Assembly (NCBI GenBank): GCA_038206015.1
Contig: JBBRBI010000026.1
Location: forward strand, 1 to 64,000
Direction: 5' to 3'
Source: Bryobacterales bacterium
Lineage (GTDB): Bacteria > Acidobacteriota > Terriglobia > Bryobacterales > Bryobacteraceae
Length of the DNA: 64,000 bases
The notes under the pieces were generated by a model. That model worked only from the letters and a program-made list of their open reading frames with translations, had not been told where the DNA came from and made no database searches. The translations under genes and the position numbers were made by a program. This document shows, piece by piece, positions 51,423 through 61,400 of this stretch; the stretch's first letter is position 1, and every line of letters starts with the position of its first letter.

Positions 51423-52730
51423 TCAAAGAACGCGAACAGCCACCAACCACGTTTTGGTGGGAACTTTGTCGTGAACCTCCGTCTTCAGCACCGCTTGGAA
51501 GTGCCAGGGCCCGGCGTGCTGCGGCCTCTCCGTTCGTAGACGGCCAAGTAATTCAATGAGAGAGGCTTCCGTTACCAGGTACTCAGCGGCAGCCTGCGTC
51601 GCCTGAGCGTTCAGCCCGCTAATGAGGAGTAGTTTCTGATCTGCGGCCATGCCTGGCAGCATGCTGATTAAAGCAAACTCCTGGTCTCCCTCCCGATCTT
51701 TCGCAGCATAGTTGATGATGTATTCAGCCGCCTCACCGGGGCGCGGCGTGGCGTTGACAATCGCCCTCTGACGATCACCTTTGCTCGGAGTGAGTTGGAA
51801 CGGTGCCTTGCCAAGCAATGGATCCAGCCACTCATTCGCCTCATTGTTCCCCAACAGAATCATGTCATCGCCGCGGAGGTCATCCCAACTCACAAACCGG
51901 CTTTGCGTGGTTCGAATGGAAATCCCAAGGCGCGTTAGCAGGGTGGCTAAATGGACGCCCGCCAAGGCTTCCCCCAACTTAGTCTGGTTGATGGCAGGTG
52001 TGAAATAAAAGGCACCGCCTGGGGGCACGTGGAAGGACTGACGGAACAGGTCTTCCTGATCGGGATGGGCGCGAAACCGTTTGGGAATGGTATCAATGGG
52101 CAAGACCTGTTCAAAATGCTTAATGACCGCTGTCATCGGACTGCTGAAACACAGGACCGTTTGACGCCTTGAGTGTATCCACGGCCCCCATATTTCTTTG
52201 GTCACCTGACCGATGGAGGGGGAAGGAACCGCCGACCGCGCTCCAAGGAAATATGCGCCAGCAAGAAGCGCGATCCCAACCAGAGGAGCGATGGCCCAAG
52301 CTGGGCTAAGTGCCTTTAAAGGCGGGGCGACGAAAACCTCAGGTGGCGGCGGAACAGCTTCTTTTATGCGCCGAAACGTTGGAACATACCGCCCAACAGG
52401 GAGTTCAATACGCACCGAATGCGTGCTCCCCTCGCCGGCATAATATTCCTGAAGCTTTTGCCGCAGGGTATGCGCTTGGCGGCGAACTACGGAATCTTCA
52501 CTCGGCGAATACCCAGGCCCACGGAGAAAAACTTCGGAGCCGATTAAATATTCGTTTATCTTGCCGCCCTCGCCGCGAATGGTCAGTTCGCAAATGTAAG
52601 AGAGAAACTTCTGTAGCTTTTCGGATCGCTCAAAAGCACTGCTGTGGAGGACGGCCTGGATCTCGGCTTGCACCTCTTCCGGGCTGGTGTCGGGGAGGTC
52701 GAGTGTGGCGGTGTTTCTGATGGGGGGCAA
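51423..52730 (-). CDS. Membrane-anchored putative winged-helix transcriptional regulator (ToxR/CadC-like architecture)
   Basis: N-domain DSVVRRQAHTLRQKL..RIELPVGRYVPTF, Pro-rich linker, one TM (AWAIAPLVGIALLAGAYFLGA), C-terminal domain; TTG start with SD GGAG. Confidence 0.65.
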   Translation of the reverse strand: MPPIRNTATLDLPDTSPEEVQAEIQAVLHSSAFERSEKLQKFLSYICELTIRGEGGKINEYLIGSEVFLRGPGYSPSEDSVVRRQAHTLRQKLQEYYAGEGSTHSVRIELPVGRYVPTFRRIKEAVPPPPEVFVAPPLKALSPAWAIAPLVGIALLAGAYFLGARSAVPSPSIGQVTKEIWGPWIHSRRQTVLCFSSPMTAVIKHFEQVLPIDTIPKRFRAHPDQEDLFRQSFHVPPGGAFYFTPAINQTKLGEALAGVHLATLLTRLGISIRTTQSRFVSWDDLRGDDMILLGNNEANEWLDPLLGKAPFQLTPSKGDRQRAIVNATPRPGEAAEYIINYAAKDREGDQEFALISMLPGMAADQKLLLISGLNAQATQAAAEYLVTEASLIELLGRLRTERPQHAGPWHFQAVLKTEVHDKVPTKTWLVAVRVL

Positions 52731-52790
52731 CGGGGCTCCAAGCTGAACAAAGTCTATCCCAATACGGGCCGAGATGGGAGGCACCACACG

Positions 52791-52844
52791 TAACCGTTCG
52801 CGAACGGTCAGAACATCAAAAAAACGGGGAGTTTGCGCTATCCT
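52791..52844 (+). promoter_or_regulatory. Putative activator site B plus -10 element of the hydrolase gene
   Basis: TAACCGTTC-GC-GAACGGTCA (52791-52810); TATCCT at 52839. Confidence 0.55.
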
Positions 52845-52880
52845 CATGCAATCGGGCTACGAGGGTCCACTCGGCATTTC

Positions 52881-54761
52881 ATGCGAAAACTTGTTGCTAA
52901 CTTCATCCTTCTTGCCGCAGCGTGTCAGGCCGCGCTTTTGCGTATCGACGTAACGGATCGGCGCGATGTCCTCGCTGGGCAAACGTTCGGAGCTACTGGC
53001 GCGTACGAACTGATTCGAGGCAGAGCCTATTTCGCCGTGGACCCTGCCCTTCCGCAGAACAGCCGGATCACCGATATTGGGTTCGTTCCCCAAAAACGTA
53101 ACGCTGCGGTGGAATTTTCGGCGGACGTCGTAATCCTCCGTCCTAAAGACGCGAAAAGAGGAAATGGAACACTGTTGGTGGAGGCGCCGAACCGCGGCGC
53201 GATCGGAATGCTGTCGATGTATAACCGCGCCAACGCATCGACGAACCCTGCAGCGGCGGCGCATTTCGGCGACGGCTTTCTAATGAGCGAGGGGTATACG
53301 ATGGCGTGGGTCGGTTGGCAGCATGACGTTCCGGAACGACCGGGAATGCTCCGCGCGTACCTTCCCGCCGCAGCGGGTGTCGAGGGGTTGGTGCGCGGAG
53401 AAGTCACCCCGTCCACTCCGCTCCAACGCCTTTCGCTGGGGGATGCCGGGCACCTCCCTTATAAAGTTAGCCAGCCAAAGAGTTTGCTGCTTACGGTTCG
53501 CGATGGCATGGGAGGGAAGCGATCACCTGTGCCAGCCGCCGAATGGCACTTGGAGGGTTCGGATATCGTTCTGGCCAAGCCCGCCACTCCTGGTTACACC
53601 TACGAGTTTGTGTATCCATGTAAAGACCCGGCCGTGGCCGGCCTCGGTCTGGCCGCGCTGCGCGATTTCGTTTCGGAGCTGAAGTACGGGACTTCTGAAA
53701 TCGCCGGAGGCAAGTTTCAGAGAGCCATAGGGGTGGGCACTTCGCAAAGCGCGATGGCCTTAAAGGCGCTCTTATACGAAGGCTTCAATGCCGACGAAAG
53801 GGGCCGGATTGTTTTCGATGGATTGCAACCGCATGTCGCCGGGGGACGGCGATCCACCTTCGAACGGTTCAGCCAGCCCAGTCGTACCTCCGGGCCGTTT
53901 CGCAATTCGAGCCTTTCCACCACGGACCAGTTCCCCTTCTCCGATGCCGAAGATACGGAACCCCTCACCGGACGTAAGGACAGCATACTGACGCGGGCGC
54001 GAGCCGCTGGCGTGGTCCCGAAAATTATTTACACGAACTCAAGCTATGAGTATTGGGGATCCGCCGCTTCGCTGGTGCATGCGAGCCTGGATGGTAAGCG
54101 GGATCTGGAACTGCCGGAGACCACGAGGCTCTACCTCTTAGCGGGTGGCCAGCACGGACCGGCGGCGTTTCCGCCTCAACTCGGCGGCGGGAAAAATTTA
54201 CCCAACTGGAACGATTACAAGTGGGCACTGCGCGCCATTCTGCGCGACCTTCAGCAATGGGTTGAGAAAGGGACAAAGCCTCCGCCCTCGCGCTATCCGA
54301 AATTGTCCGATGGCACACTGTCCCAGGGCGAGCCGGCGGCCTACCGTACGCAATCTCTGGACTTTGGGGCCGAGTACTTGGCAAAAGGCATTATCAGCCA
54401 CCAGCCACCCCATCCAGGGGCGGATTACGTGGTTCTGGTACCAAAACCCGATTCCGATGGCAATGACATCGCCGGCCTCAAAATGCCTTGGGTCGCCGTT
54501 CCTCTGGGTGCCTTCACCGGATGGAACCTGCGCGCAGCAGCCATGGGTGCCGAAGGCGCACTGCTGGCGAATACAGGTTCCTACCTGCCGTTTTCTGCAC
54601 AGCGAATTCGAAAGCAGTTCCCCGACCGGGCAGATTATCTCCGCCAAATTGAAGCCGCCGCACGCCTGTTGGTGAACGAGCGTTTCCTGCTGGACGGAGA
54701 TATGCCCAAAATCATCCGGATAGCTTCCAGCATCTGGGACTGGTCAACTCCAGTAGAATGA
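52881..54761 (+). CDS. Exported alpha/beta hydrolase domain protein (Abhydrolase_10-like)
   Basis: Signal peptide; NRG, GWQ, GTSQSA nucleophile elbow, EYW, GGQH, DSDGN, TGWNLR. Confidence 0.8.
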   Translation: MRKLVANFILLAAACQAALLRIDVTDRRDVLAGQTFGATGAYELIRGRAYFAVDPALPQNSRITDIGFVPQKRNAAVEFSADVVILRPKDAKRGNGTLLVEAPNRGAIGMLSMYNRANASTNPAAAAHFGDGFLMSEGYTMAWVGWQHDVPERPGMLRAYLPAAAGVEGLVRGEVTPSTPLQRLSLGDAGHLPYKVSQPKSLLLTVRDGMGGKRSPVPAAEWHLEGSDIVLAKPATPGYTYEFVYPCKDPAVAGLGLAALRDFVSELKYGTSEIAGGKFQRAIGVGTSQSAMALKALLYEGFNADERGRIVFDGLQPHVAGGRRSTFERFSQPSRTSGPFRNSSLSTTDQFPFSDAEDTEPLTGRKDSILTRARAAGVVPKIIYTNSSYEYWGSAASLVHASLDGKRDLELPETTRLYLLAGGQHGPAAFPPQLGGGKNLPNWNDYKWALRAILRDLQQWVEKGTKPPPSRYPKLSDGTLSQGEPAAYRTQSLDFGAEYLAKGIISHQPPHPGADYVVLVPKPDSDGNDIAGLKMPWVAVPLGAFTGWNLRAAAMGAEGALLANTGSYLPFSAQRIRKQFPDRADYLRQIEAAARLLVNERFLLDGDMPKIIRIASSIWDWSTPVE

Positions 54762-54811
54762 CCGTTCCGAACAGTTCGAACGTGGTAACGGGGCGTTGCC
54801 GCGTATAGCAT
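54759..54811 (+). promoter_or_regulatory. Putative activator site C plus -10 element of the DUF1592 operon
   Basis: TGACCGTTC-C-GAACAGTTC (54759-54777); TAGCAT at 54806, 6 nt before the ATG. Confidence 0.6.
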
Positions 54812-54817
54812 TGGATC

Positions 54818-57139
54818 ATGCGGCTCGTATGTCTGTTTGTTGCCGGAAGTGTTCTGGCCTGGGGCCAGACGCCAGTGGTTCGGGCAGTCATCGACCGGTA
54901 TTGCCTTTCCTGCCACAACGAGCGGGTGAAAACGGCGGATGTGTCCCTACAGCCAGGGACCGCGAATACGCCCGAAACGAACCCGGATCTGTGGGAAAAA
55001 GTCGTGACCAAGCTGAGTCACCGCCATATGCCGCCCATCGGTATGCCCCGTCCCGACGAGCAGACCTATAACGCGGTGATCTCGTCGCTCACCGAGGGAC
55101 TCGACCGCGCCGCCTCTGCCCGCCTCAACCCCGGACGAACCGGCACTTTCCGCCGGCTCAATCGGGTCGAGTATCATAAAGCCATCCGGGACATCCTGGC
55201 AGTGGATTATAACGTCTCTTCCCTACTGCCGAACGACGAAACCAGCCATGGCTTCGACAACGTGACGGTGGAGAACCTCTCGCCGACTTTGTTGGAACGA
55301 TATCTGTCCGCCGCCCAGAAAATCAGCCGCTTGGCGGTCGGCAGTCCCGTTCGTACCCCCGGTTCCGATGTAATCCTCATCCCCCCGGATCTGACGCAAG
55401 AAGAGCACATCGACGGGCTCCCCTTTGGCACCCGCGGCGGAACCGCCATCTCCTATCATTTCCCGGTAAGTGGCAGCTACGAACTCCAAATTCGGCTGGC
55501 GCGCGACCGAAATGAGAAGGTCGAAGGATTAGACCTCGCTTATCGCGTGGAATTGACGGTTGACGGTGTCCGCGCTGGCCTCTATACCGTCACGCCGCCC
55601 CCAAGCGGCACTGACCACCAGGACGTCGATAAAAATCTAAAAACAAAAATCGCCGTAACCGCCGGGCCGCACCTCATCGGCGTTTCCTTCCCCCGCAAAA
55701 CTTCCGCGCTTCTGGAAACCGAGCGCCAGCCCTACCAGGCCCATTTCAACATGGACCGCCATCCACGCATTCAGCCTGCTCTTTATTCGATCTCGGTCCT
55801 CGGCCCCTACAACGCAAGTGGCCCGGGTGATTCCCCCAGTCGCCGCCGCATCTTCGTCTGCCAGCCAGCGCGGACTTCGGAGGAGGATAGCTGCGCCACT
55901 ACCATCCTGACGAACGTGTTGCGCCGCGCTTACCGCCGTCCGGTAAACAGTTCCGATTTGGAAATGCCACTCAAGTTCTACCGCGATGCGCGCTCCACGG
56001 GCGGCTTCGAGAGTGGCATTGAAATGGCCCTTCGTGCACTGCTGGTGAATCCGCAGTTCCTGTTCCGGATCGAGAAGGACCCGCCCGGTGGGAAACCGAA
56101 ATCGGCGTATCGCATCACCGACGGGGAACTGGCCTCGCGACTCTCGTTTTTCCTTTGGAGCACGATTCCTGACGATACACTCCTCGACCTTTCCGCACGC
56201 GGAAAATTGAAAGATCCCGCCATTCTGGAGCAGCAGGTGCGCCGCATGCTGGCGGACCCCCGCGCAGATTCCCTTGTCAACAACTTCGCGAGCCAGTGGC
56301 TGTACCTGCGTAATCTGGCTTCGACGACTCCAGACCCGCGGCTGTTCCCCGATTTCGACGAAAACCTTCGCGGCGCGATGCAGCGGGAAACTGAGCTTTT
56401 CTTCGAAAGCATTCTCCGCGAAGATCGGAACGTGCTGGATCTACTTCGGGCCGATTATACCTTTCTGAATGAGCGTCTCGCTCGGCACTACGGAATTCCC
56501 AATGTGTACGGAAGCCGGTTCCGCCGCGTCGACTTAAGCGGCCAATCCATCCGCGGCGGCCTACTTAGCCAAGCCAGCATTCTGACAGTTACGTCGTATT
56601 CTACCCGTACCTCTCCGGTCATTCGCGGCAAGTGGATATTGAGCAATATCCTCGGCACGCCGCCTGCCCCGCCACCCCCTGCGGTGCCACAATTGAAAGA
56701 GGCCGGTGCTACCAGCACCAAGGGCAATCTCCTCACCATGCGCGAACGGGTGGCCGAGCATCGTGCGAACCCCGCCTGCGCCGGTTGCCATAATCTGATG
56801 GATCCCGTGGGCTTCGCTTTTGAAAATTACGACGCCGTGGGCCGCTGGCGCACAACCGACGGCGGTGTGCCCGTCGATCCTTCCGGCACTATGCCGGACG
56901 GCAGCAAGTTTGCCAATGCGGCTGAACTGCGGCAGGCGATGCTGCGCCGTCCGGATCTCTTTGTTTCCACCCTAACCGAAAAACTTCTAATTTATTCGCT
57001 GGGCCGCGGCGTCGAGCCGTTCGACGCGCCCGCCGTCCGCAAAATAGTCCGCGAAGCAGGCCGAAAGGAATATCGCTTTTCGTCCCTGATTCTGGGAATT
57101 GTCAATAGCACTCCGTTTGCCATGAGGAACTCACAATGA
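54818..57139 (+). CDS. DUF1587/1595/1592/1588/1585 protein with two CxxCH motifs, copy 2
   Basis: CLSCH, RRLNRVEY, GFDN, LASRLSFFLWS, RTSPVIRGKW, CAGCH..MDPVGF. Confidence 0.9.
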   Translation: MRLVCLFVAGSVLAWGQTPVVRAVIDRYCLSCHNERVKTADVSLQPGTANTPETNPDLWEKVVTKLSHRHMPPIGMPRPDEQTYNAVISSLTEGLDRAASARLNPGRTGTFRRLNRVEYHKAIRDILAVDYNVSSLLPNDETSHGFDNVTVENLSPTLLERYLSAAQKISRLAVGSPVRTPGSDVILIPPDLTQEEHIDGLPFGTRGGTAISYHFPVSGSYELQIRLARDRNEKVEGLDLAYRVELTVDGVRAGLYTVTPPPSGTDHQDVDKNLKTKIAVTAGPHLIGVSFPRKTSALLETERQPYQAHFNMDRHPRIQPALYSISVLGPYNASGPGDSPSRRRIFVCQPARTSEEDSCATTILTNVLRRAYRRPVNSSDLEMPLKFYRDARSTGGFESGIEMALRALLVNPQFLFRIEKDPPGGKPKSAYRITDGELASRLSFFLWSTIPDDTLLDLSARGKLKDPAILEQQVRRMLADPRADSLVNNFASQWLYLRNLASTTPDPRLFPDFDENLRGAMQRETELFFESILREDRNVLDLLRADYTFLNERLARHYGIPNVYGSRFRRVDLSGQSIRGGLLSQASILTVTSYSTRTSPVIRGKWILSNILGTPPAPPPPAVPQLKEAGATSTKGNLLTMRERVAEHRANPACAGCHNLMDPVGFAFENYDAVGRWRTTDGGVPVDPSGTMPDGSKFANAAELRQAMLRRPDLFVSTLTEKLLIYSLGRGVEPFDAPAVRKIVREAGRKEYRFSSLILGIVNSTPFAMRNSQ

Positions 57140-58482
57140 TCATTTCAAAGAAGGCTTTGGGCCGCCGGACCGTCCTGCGCGGGTTGGGTGCCGGGTTGGC
57201 CCTGCCGCTTCTGGACGCGATGGTTCCGGCCATGACTGCGCTGGCGGCCACGCCCGCAAATCCCGTTTGCCGTTTGGGATTCATCTACGTTCCCATGGGC
57301 GCGACCATTTCCCAATGGACGCCGCCTGAGGTGGGACGCATGACCAGGCTTTCCCCCACTCTGAGCTCGCTCTCGCCTTTTCTTGACCAGCTCACCGTCA
57401 TCAGTAACTTGGAGCTCAAGAACGCCTACTCACCGGGGAATCACGCCACGGCCAACTGCTCTTTCCTAAGCGCGGCGAAAGCCAAATTGACCGAAGGCAC
57501 CGATTACGAGTTAGCTACCACGGTCGACCAGATTGCGGCCCAAAAGATTGGCGTGGATTCTCCGTTGCCTTCGATGGAACTCGCCATGGATATGCTGACG
57601 ACCATCGGCAACTGTGACAACGGCTTTGCGTGCGTTTATCAGAACAATCTTTCCTGGTCATCGCCAACCACGCCGCTCCCTGCCGAAGCGCATCCGCGGC
57701 TCGTCTTCGAACGTCTGTTCGGCGATGGCGGTAACGCAGCCGAACGCCGGGCGGAACTGCGGAAGAATGCGAGTATTCTCGATTGGGTTTCCTCCGACAT
57801 CGCAAGGATACAAAGCCAACTCGGGGCCGGCGATCGCACCAAAGTTAGCGAATATCTTGACGCGGTCCGCGAAGTGGAGCGGCGTATCCAAAAGGCGGAG
57901 AAACAGAGCGCTCACGATTCTATGCCCGATCTGGACCGTCCCGTCGGCGTCCCTGCGTCCTACGGTGACCACGCCAAGCTGATGTTTGACTTACAGGTGC
58001 TCGCCCTTCAGGGCGATGTTACCCGCGTCATCTCATTCCAACTTGCCCGCGAAGCCAGTACGCGTGCTTACCCGGACGCCGGCGTCTTCGAGCCGCATCA
58101 CCCGCTCACCCACCATGCGGGCGATCCGGAGAAAATGGCAAAAGTCGCCAAGATCAATGCCTATCACATCTCGCTCTTTGCCTACTTCCTGCAGAAGCTG
58201 AAGGCGACCCCTGAGGGCAACGGCAATTTGCTCGACAATTCGCTCTTCCTTTGCGGGAGCGGTATGGGGAACCCCGACGTGCACGATCACGTCAACCTGC
58301 CTATCGTCCTCGCCGGTGGTGCCGCAGGCAACCTCAAGGGCGGACGGCATATTAAGTACGATAAGCCCACACCGCTAGCGAATCTGCACCTGACGCTTCT
58401 CGATAAAGTCGGTGTCCATCTTGACTCCTTCGCTGATAGCCAAGGCAAGATTAGTGAATTGCTTAGACCTGCTTCGCTTTAA
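57136..58482 (+). CDS. DUF1552 (HXXSHH) protein, Tat signal, copy 2
   Basis: GRRTVLRG..LPLLDAM, YVPMG, CDNGFACVY, HHPLTHH, HDHVNLP; ATGA overlap with the upstream gene. Confidence 0.88.
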   Translation: MIISKKALGRRTVLRGLGAGLALPLLDAMVPAMTALAATPANPVCRLGFIYVPMGATISQWTPPEVGRMTRLSPTLSSLSPFLDQLTVISNLELKNAYSPGNHATANCSFLSAAKAKLTEGTDYELATTVDQIAAQKIGVDSPLPSMELAMDMLTTIGNCDNGFACVYQNNLSWSSPTTPLPAEAHPRLVFERLFGDGGNAAERRAELRKNASILDWVSSDIARIQSQLGAGDRTKVSEYLDAVREVERRIQKAEKQSAHDSMPDLDRPVGVPASYGDHAKLMFDLQVLALQGDVTRVISFQLAREASTRAYPDAGVFEPHHPLTHHAGDPEKMAKVAKINAYHISLFAYFLQKLKATPEGNGNLLDNSLFLCGSGMGNPDVHDHVNLPIVLAGGAAGNLKGGRHIKYDKPTPLANLHLTLLDKVGVHLDSFADSQGKISELLRPASL

Positions 58483-58488
58483 GAATTC

Positions 58489-61400
58489 ATGAAACTCGCC
58501 CTCTCCCTGATCCCGCTTGTGCTCATATCCGGTACGCCGGCTTACACGCAGGAAACGCGCGCCACCCTAAGTGGAACTATCTCCGACGCAACCGGAGCCG
58601 TAGTCACAGAAGCACGGATTCGTCTAATGAATCGCGAAACGTCGGTCACCTTCGACGCCGTAACAAATAAGGCCGGCCAGTACCGCTTTCTCTTCCTGAA
58701 TCCAGGTAACTATCGGCTCTCGACCGAGAAGGCGGGATTCCGGGGACTCGTTCGCGACGATATCGAGCTGCATGTCAGCCAGTCCGCAGTGGTTGATGCC
58801 GTTCTTCACGTGGGCCAACTGTCCGACAGCGTCACCGTGAGCAGCGAAGCTCCCCTCCTTGACGTGGAAAAAGCCGACCGCGGGCTTGTCATCGACAACA
58901 AGACGGTTGCCGACTTACCCCTCAACATCCGAAACCCCATCATGCTCGCCGTACTTACCCCGGGCATCATTCATACCTCGGGCTCCCAGCATCTGAACCC
59001 CTTTTCGAATTCCGGCATTTCATCCTGGTCAATTAACGGTGGCCGCGGTACGAATAATGAATTTCTTCTGGACGGTGCTCCCAACAACGCCGTCTATAAC
59101 GGCGTCAATAACGTTGCCTTTGTCCCTTCGGTGGACGCGGTTCAAGAGTTCAAAGTCATGACCGGCGCTTACGATGCCCAGTATGGGCGCACCGGCGGCG
59201 GAGTGATCAACGTCTCCATCCGCAGCGGTACCAACCGGCTGCACGGCTCCGTGTACGAATTCCTCAAACGGACCTCTCTCAATGCCAACGCGTTCGCTAA
59301 TAATTCCAAGGGCGCGGTACGCCAAGGCAACGCCCTCGACCAGTACGGATTCACTTTGGGAGGCCCCATCACCATCCCGAAAGTGTACAGCGGAAAGGAT
59401 CGTACGTTCTTCTTCTTTGCTTATGAAGGCTACCGGGAAGACACTTACTATCCTTCGGAGTCAATCTCATCCGTGCCGTCGAGCGAACAGCGCCGCGGCG
59501 ATTTCTCAAAAACCTTTGACAATAACGGCGCTCCCTTCACGATTTTCGATCCGCTCACCGGCCGTTTTGAAGGCAATAACTGGGTGCGTTCCACTTTCCC
59601 CGGTAACATCATTCCCTCGAATCGGATATCACCTATCGCCGCGAACATCATCAAGCTATACCCCGAGCCCAATATAACGACTCCTGGCTCCGTCGCCTGG
59701 CAGAACAACTTTTTTCTCAATCCTAACATTGGAAACTTCAAATTTGTTAATTTGACCTCGCGCATCGATCACGCGATTAGCTCGCGGCAACGGGTCTTTG
59801 GCCGCTGGTCGTGGAACGATTTCAAACAGCTCCGCAACACGAACGGCATTCCTGGCGTTGCAGGTGACTACCGTAATGGGGGCAAACGCAACAATGGCGC
59901 GGTGCTGGACTACATTGCAAACATCACGCCGACTACAATTTTCAATCTCCGCTCGGCGATTAGTTACTGGGTTGAGGATCTAAGTCCGTTTGGTAACCAG
60001 GGCTTCGACACCACCCAACTTGGATTCCCAAAATCATTAGTGGATCAACTTCCGCGCAGAGACCTGTTCCCGCAGATCTCAATTGCCAACGCGCGTAGCC
60101 TCGGCCACAGTTCTGGAAACGTAACATTTGAACCAACAACTGTTTTTTCCTTGCAGCCCAATGTGGTTCATGTGCGCGGCAAACATACGATCAAGGCCGG
60201 TCTCGATTTCCGCTTAACCCGATACACGCAACTCCGCCCCGGCTCTGCTGCGGGCACATATGACTTCAATCGTAGTTTCACGCGGCGCGATTACCTGGTA
60301 CAGGACGCCACCTCCGGCGTGGGCGCGGCGTCCTTCCTTCTTGGCTACGCATCTTCCGGCTCAGTTGCCAATGTGGCCCAGCCTTACTTTCAGTGGATCT
60401 ACTACGCTCCCTGGATTCAGGATGATATCAAGCTCACTCGCAAACTGACTCTAAATCTTGGTTTTCGTTGGGACATTAACACGCCGTTGACCGAGCGATA
60501 CAACCGGATGAACTATGGCTTTTTCTCCGGTCGCGACAATCCGATTGCATCTCGGATTGACCGGAGCAAATTTCCGGGCTTCGCCGTGAAGGGCGGTATC
60601 GGTTTCGCCGGTGTTGAGGGAAATCCCCGTTCGCCCGTCTCAACGGACTGGAATAACTTCCAGCCTCGTTTCGGCGCAGCCTATGCGCTGAACGAGAAGA
60701 CCGTGATCCGCGGCGGATGGGGTCTCTTCTTTTTGAATCCTACTTTCCGTGGCAATCTGAATGGCTTCTCCCAATCTACGCCCTTTATTGCCTCGCTAGA
60801 TGCCGGGCGCACCCCGGCGAATATCCTTGATAATCCATTCCCGACGGGCATCTTACAACCTGCGGGCCCGTCTCTCGGCCTGCTCACCTTTCTCGGCCAA
60901 GGTCCTGGTTTTATCAATCCAGACTTCCGAGTGCCGTATGTCCATCAGTTTTCATTTGGTATTCAGCGTCAGTTGCCCGGTAGCATTGTGCTCGACCTAT
61001 CCTACGTTGGCTCCCGGTCGATGGCCCAGTCAACCACCAGGGGTTTCAACGAGATCAGCGTCGATAGTTTGAACCTGGGCAATCCCGCGATTGGAGGGAA
61101 TCCGAACTTTCTGAACCAGCAGGTGCCGAACCCCTTCGCTGGCCTGATTCCCGGAACCGGACTCGACAATGCCACCGTCCCCCGGTCGCAACTCCTTCGC
61201 CCCTTCCCGCAATTCACTGGATTCAACATGGAACAACTGAACACGGGTAGAATCTGGTACAACTCATTACAAGTCTCGGCGACCAAACGTTACTCCCACG
61301 GACTTAGTTTCACCACCTCCTACACACTTTCAAAAAATATCGAAGCGAATGACTACTTGAACGCCCAAGACGCCACGCCGAGTAGGACTCTCGTCGATTG

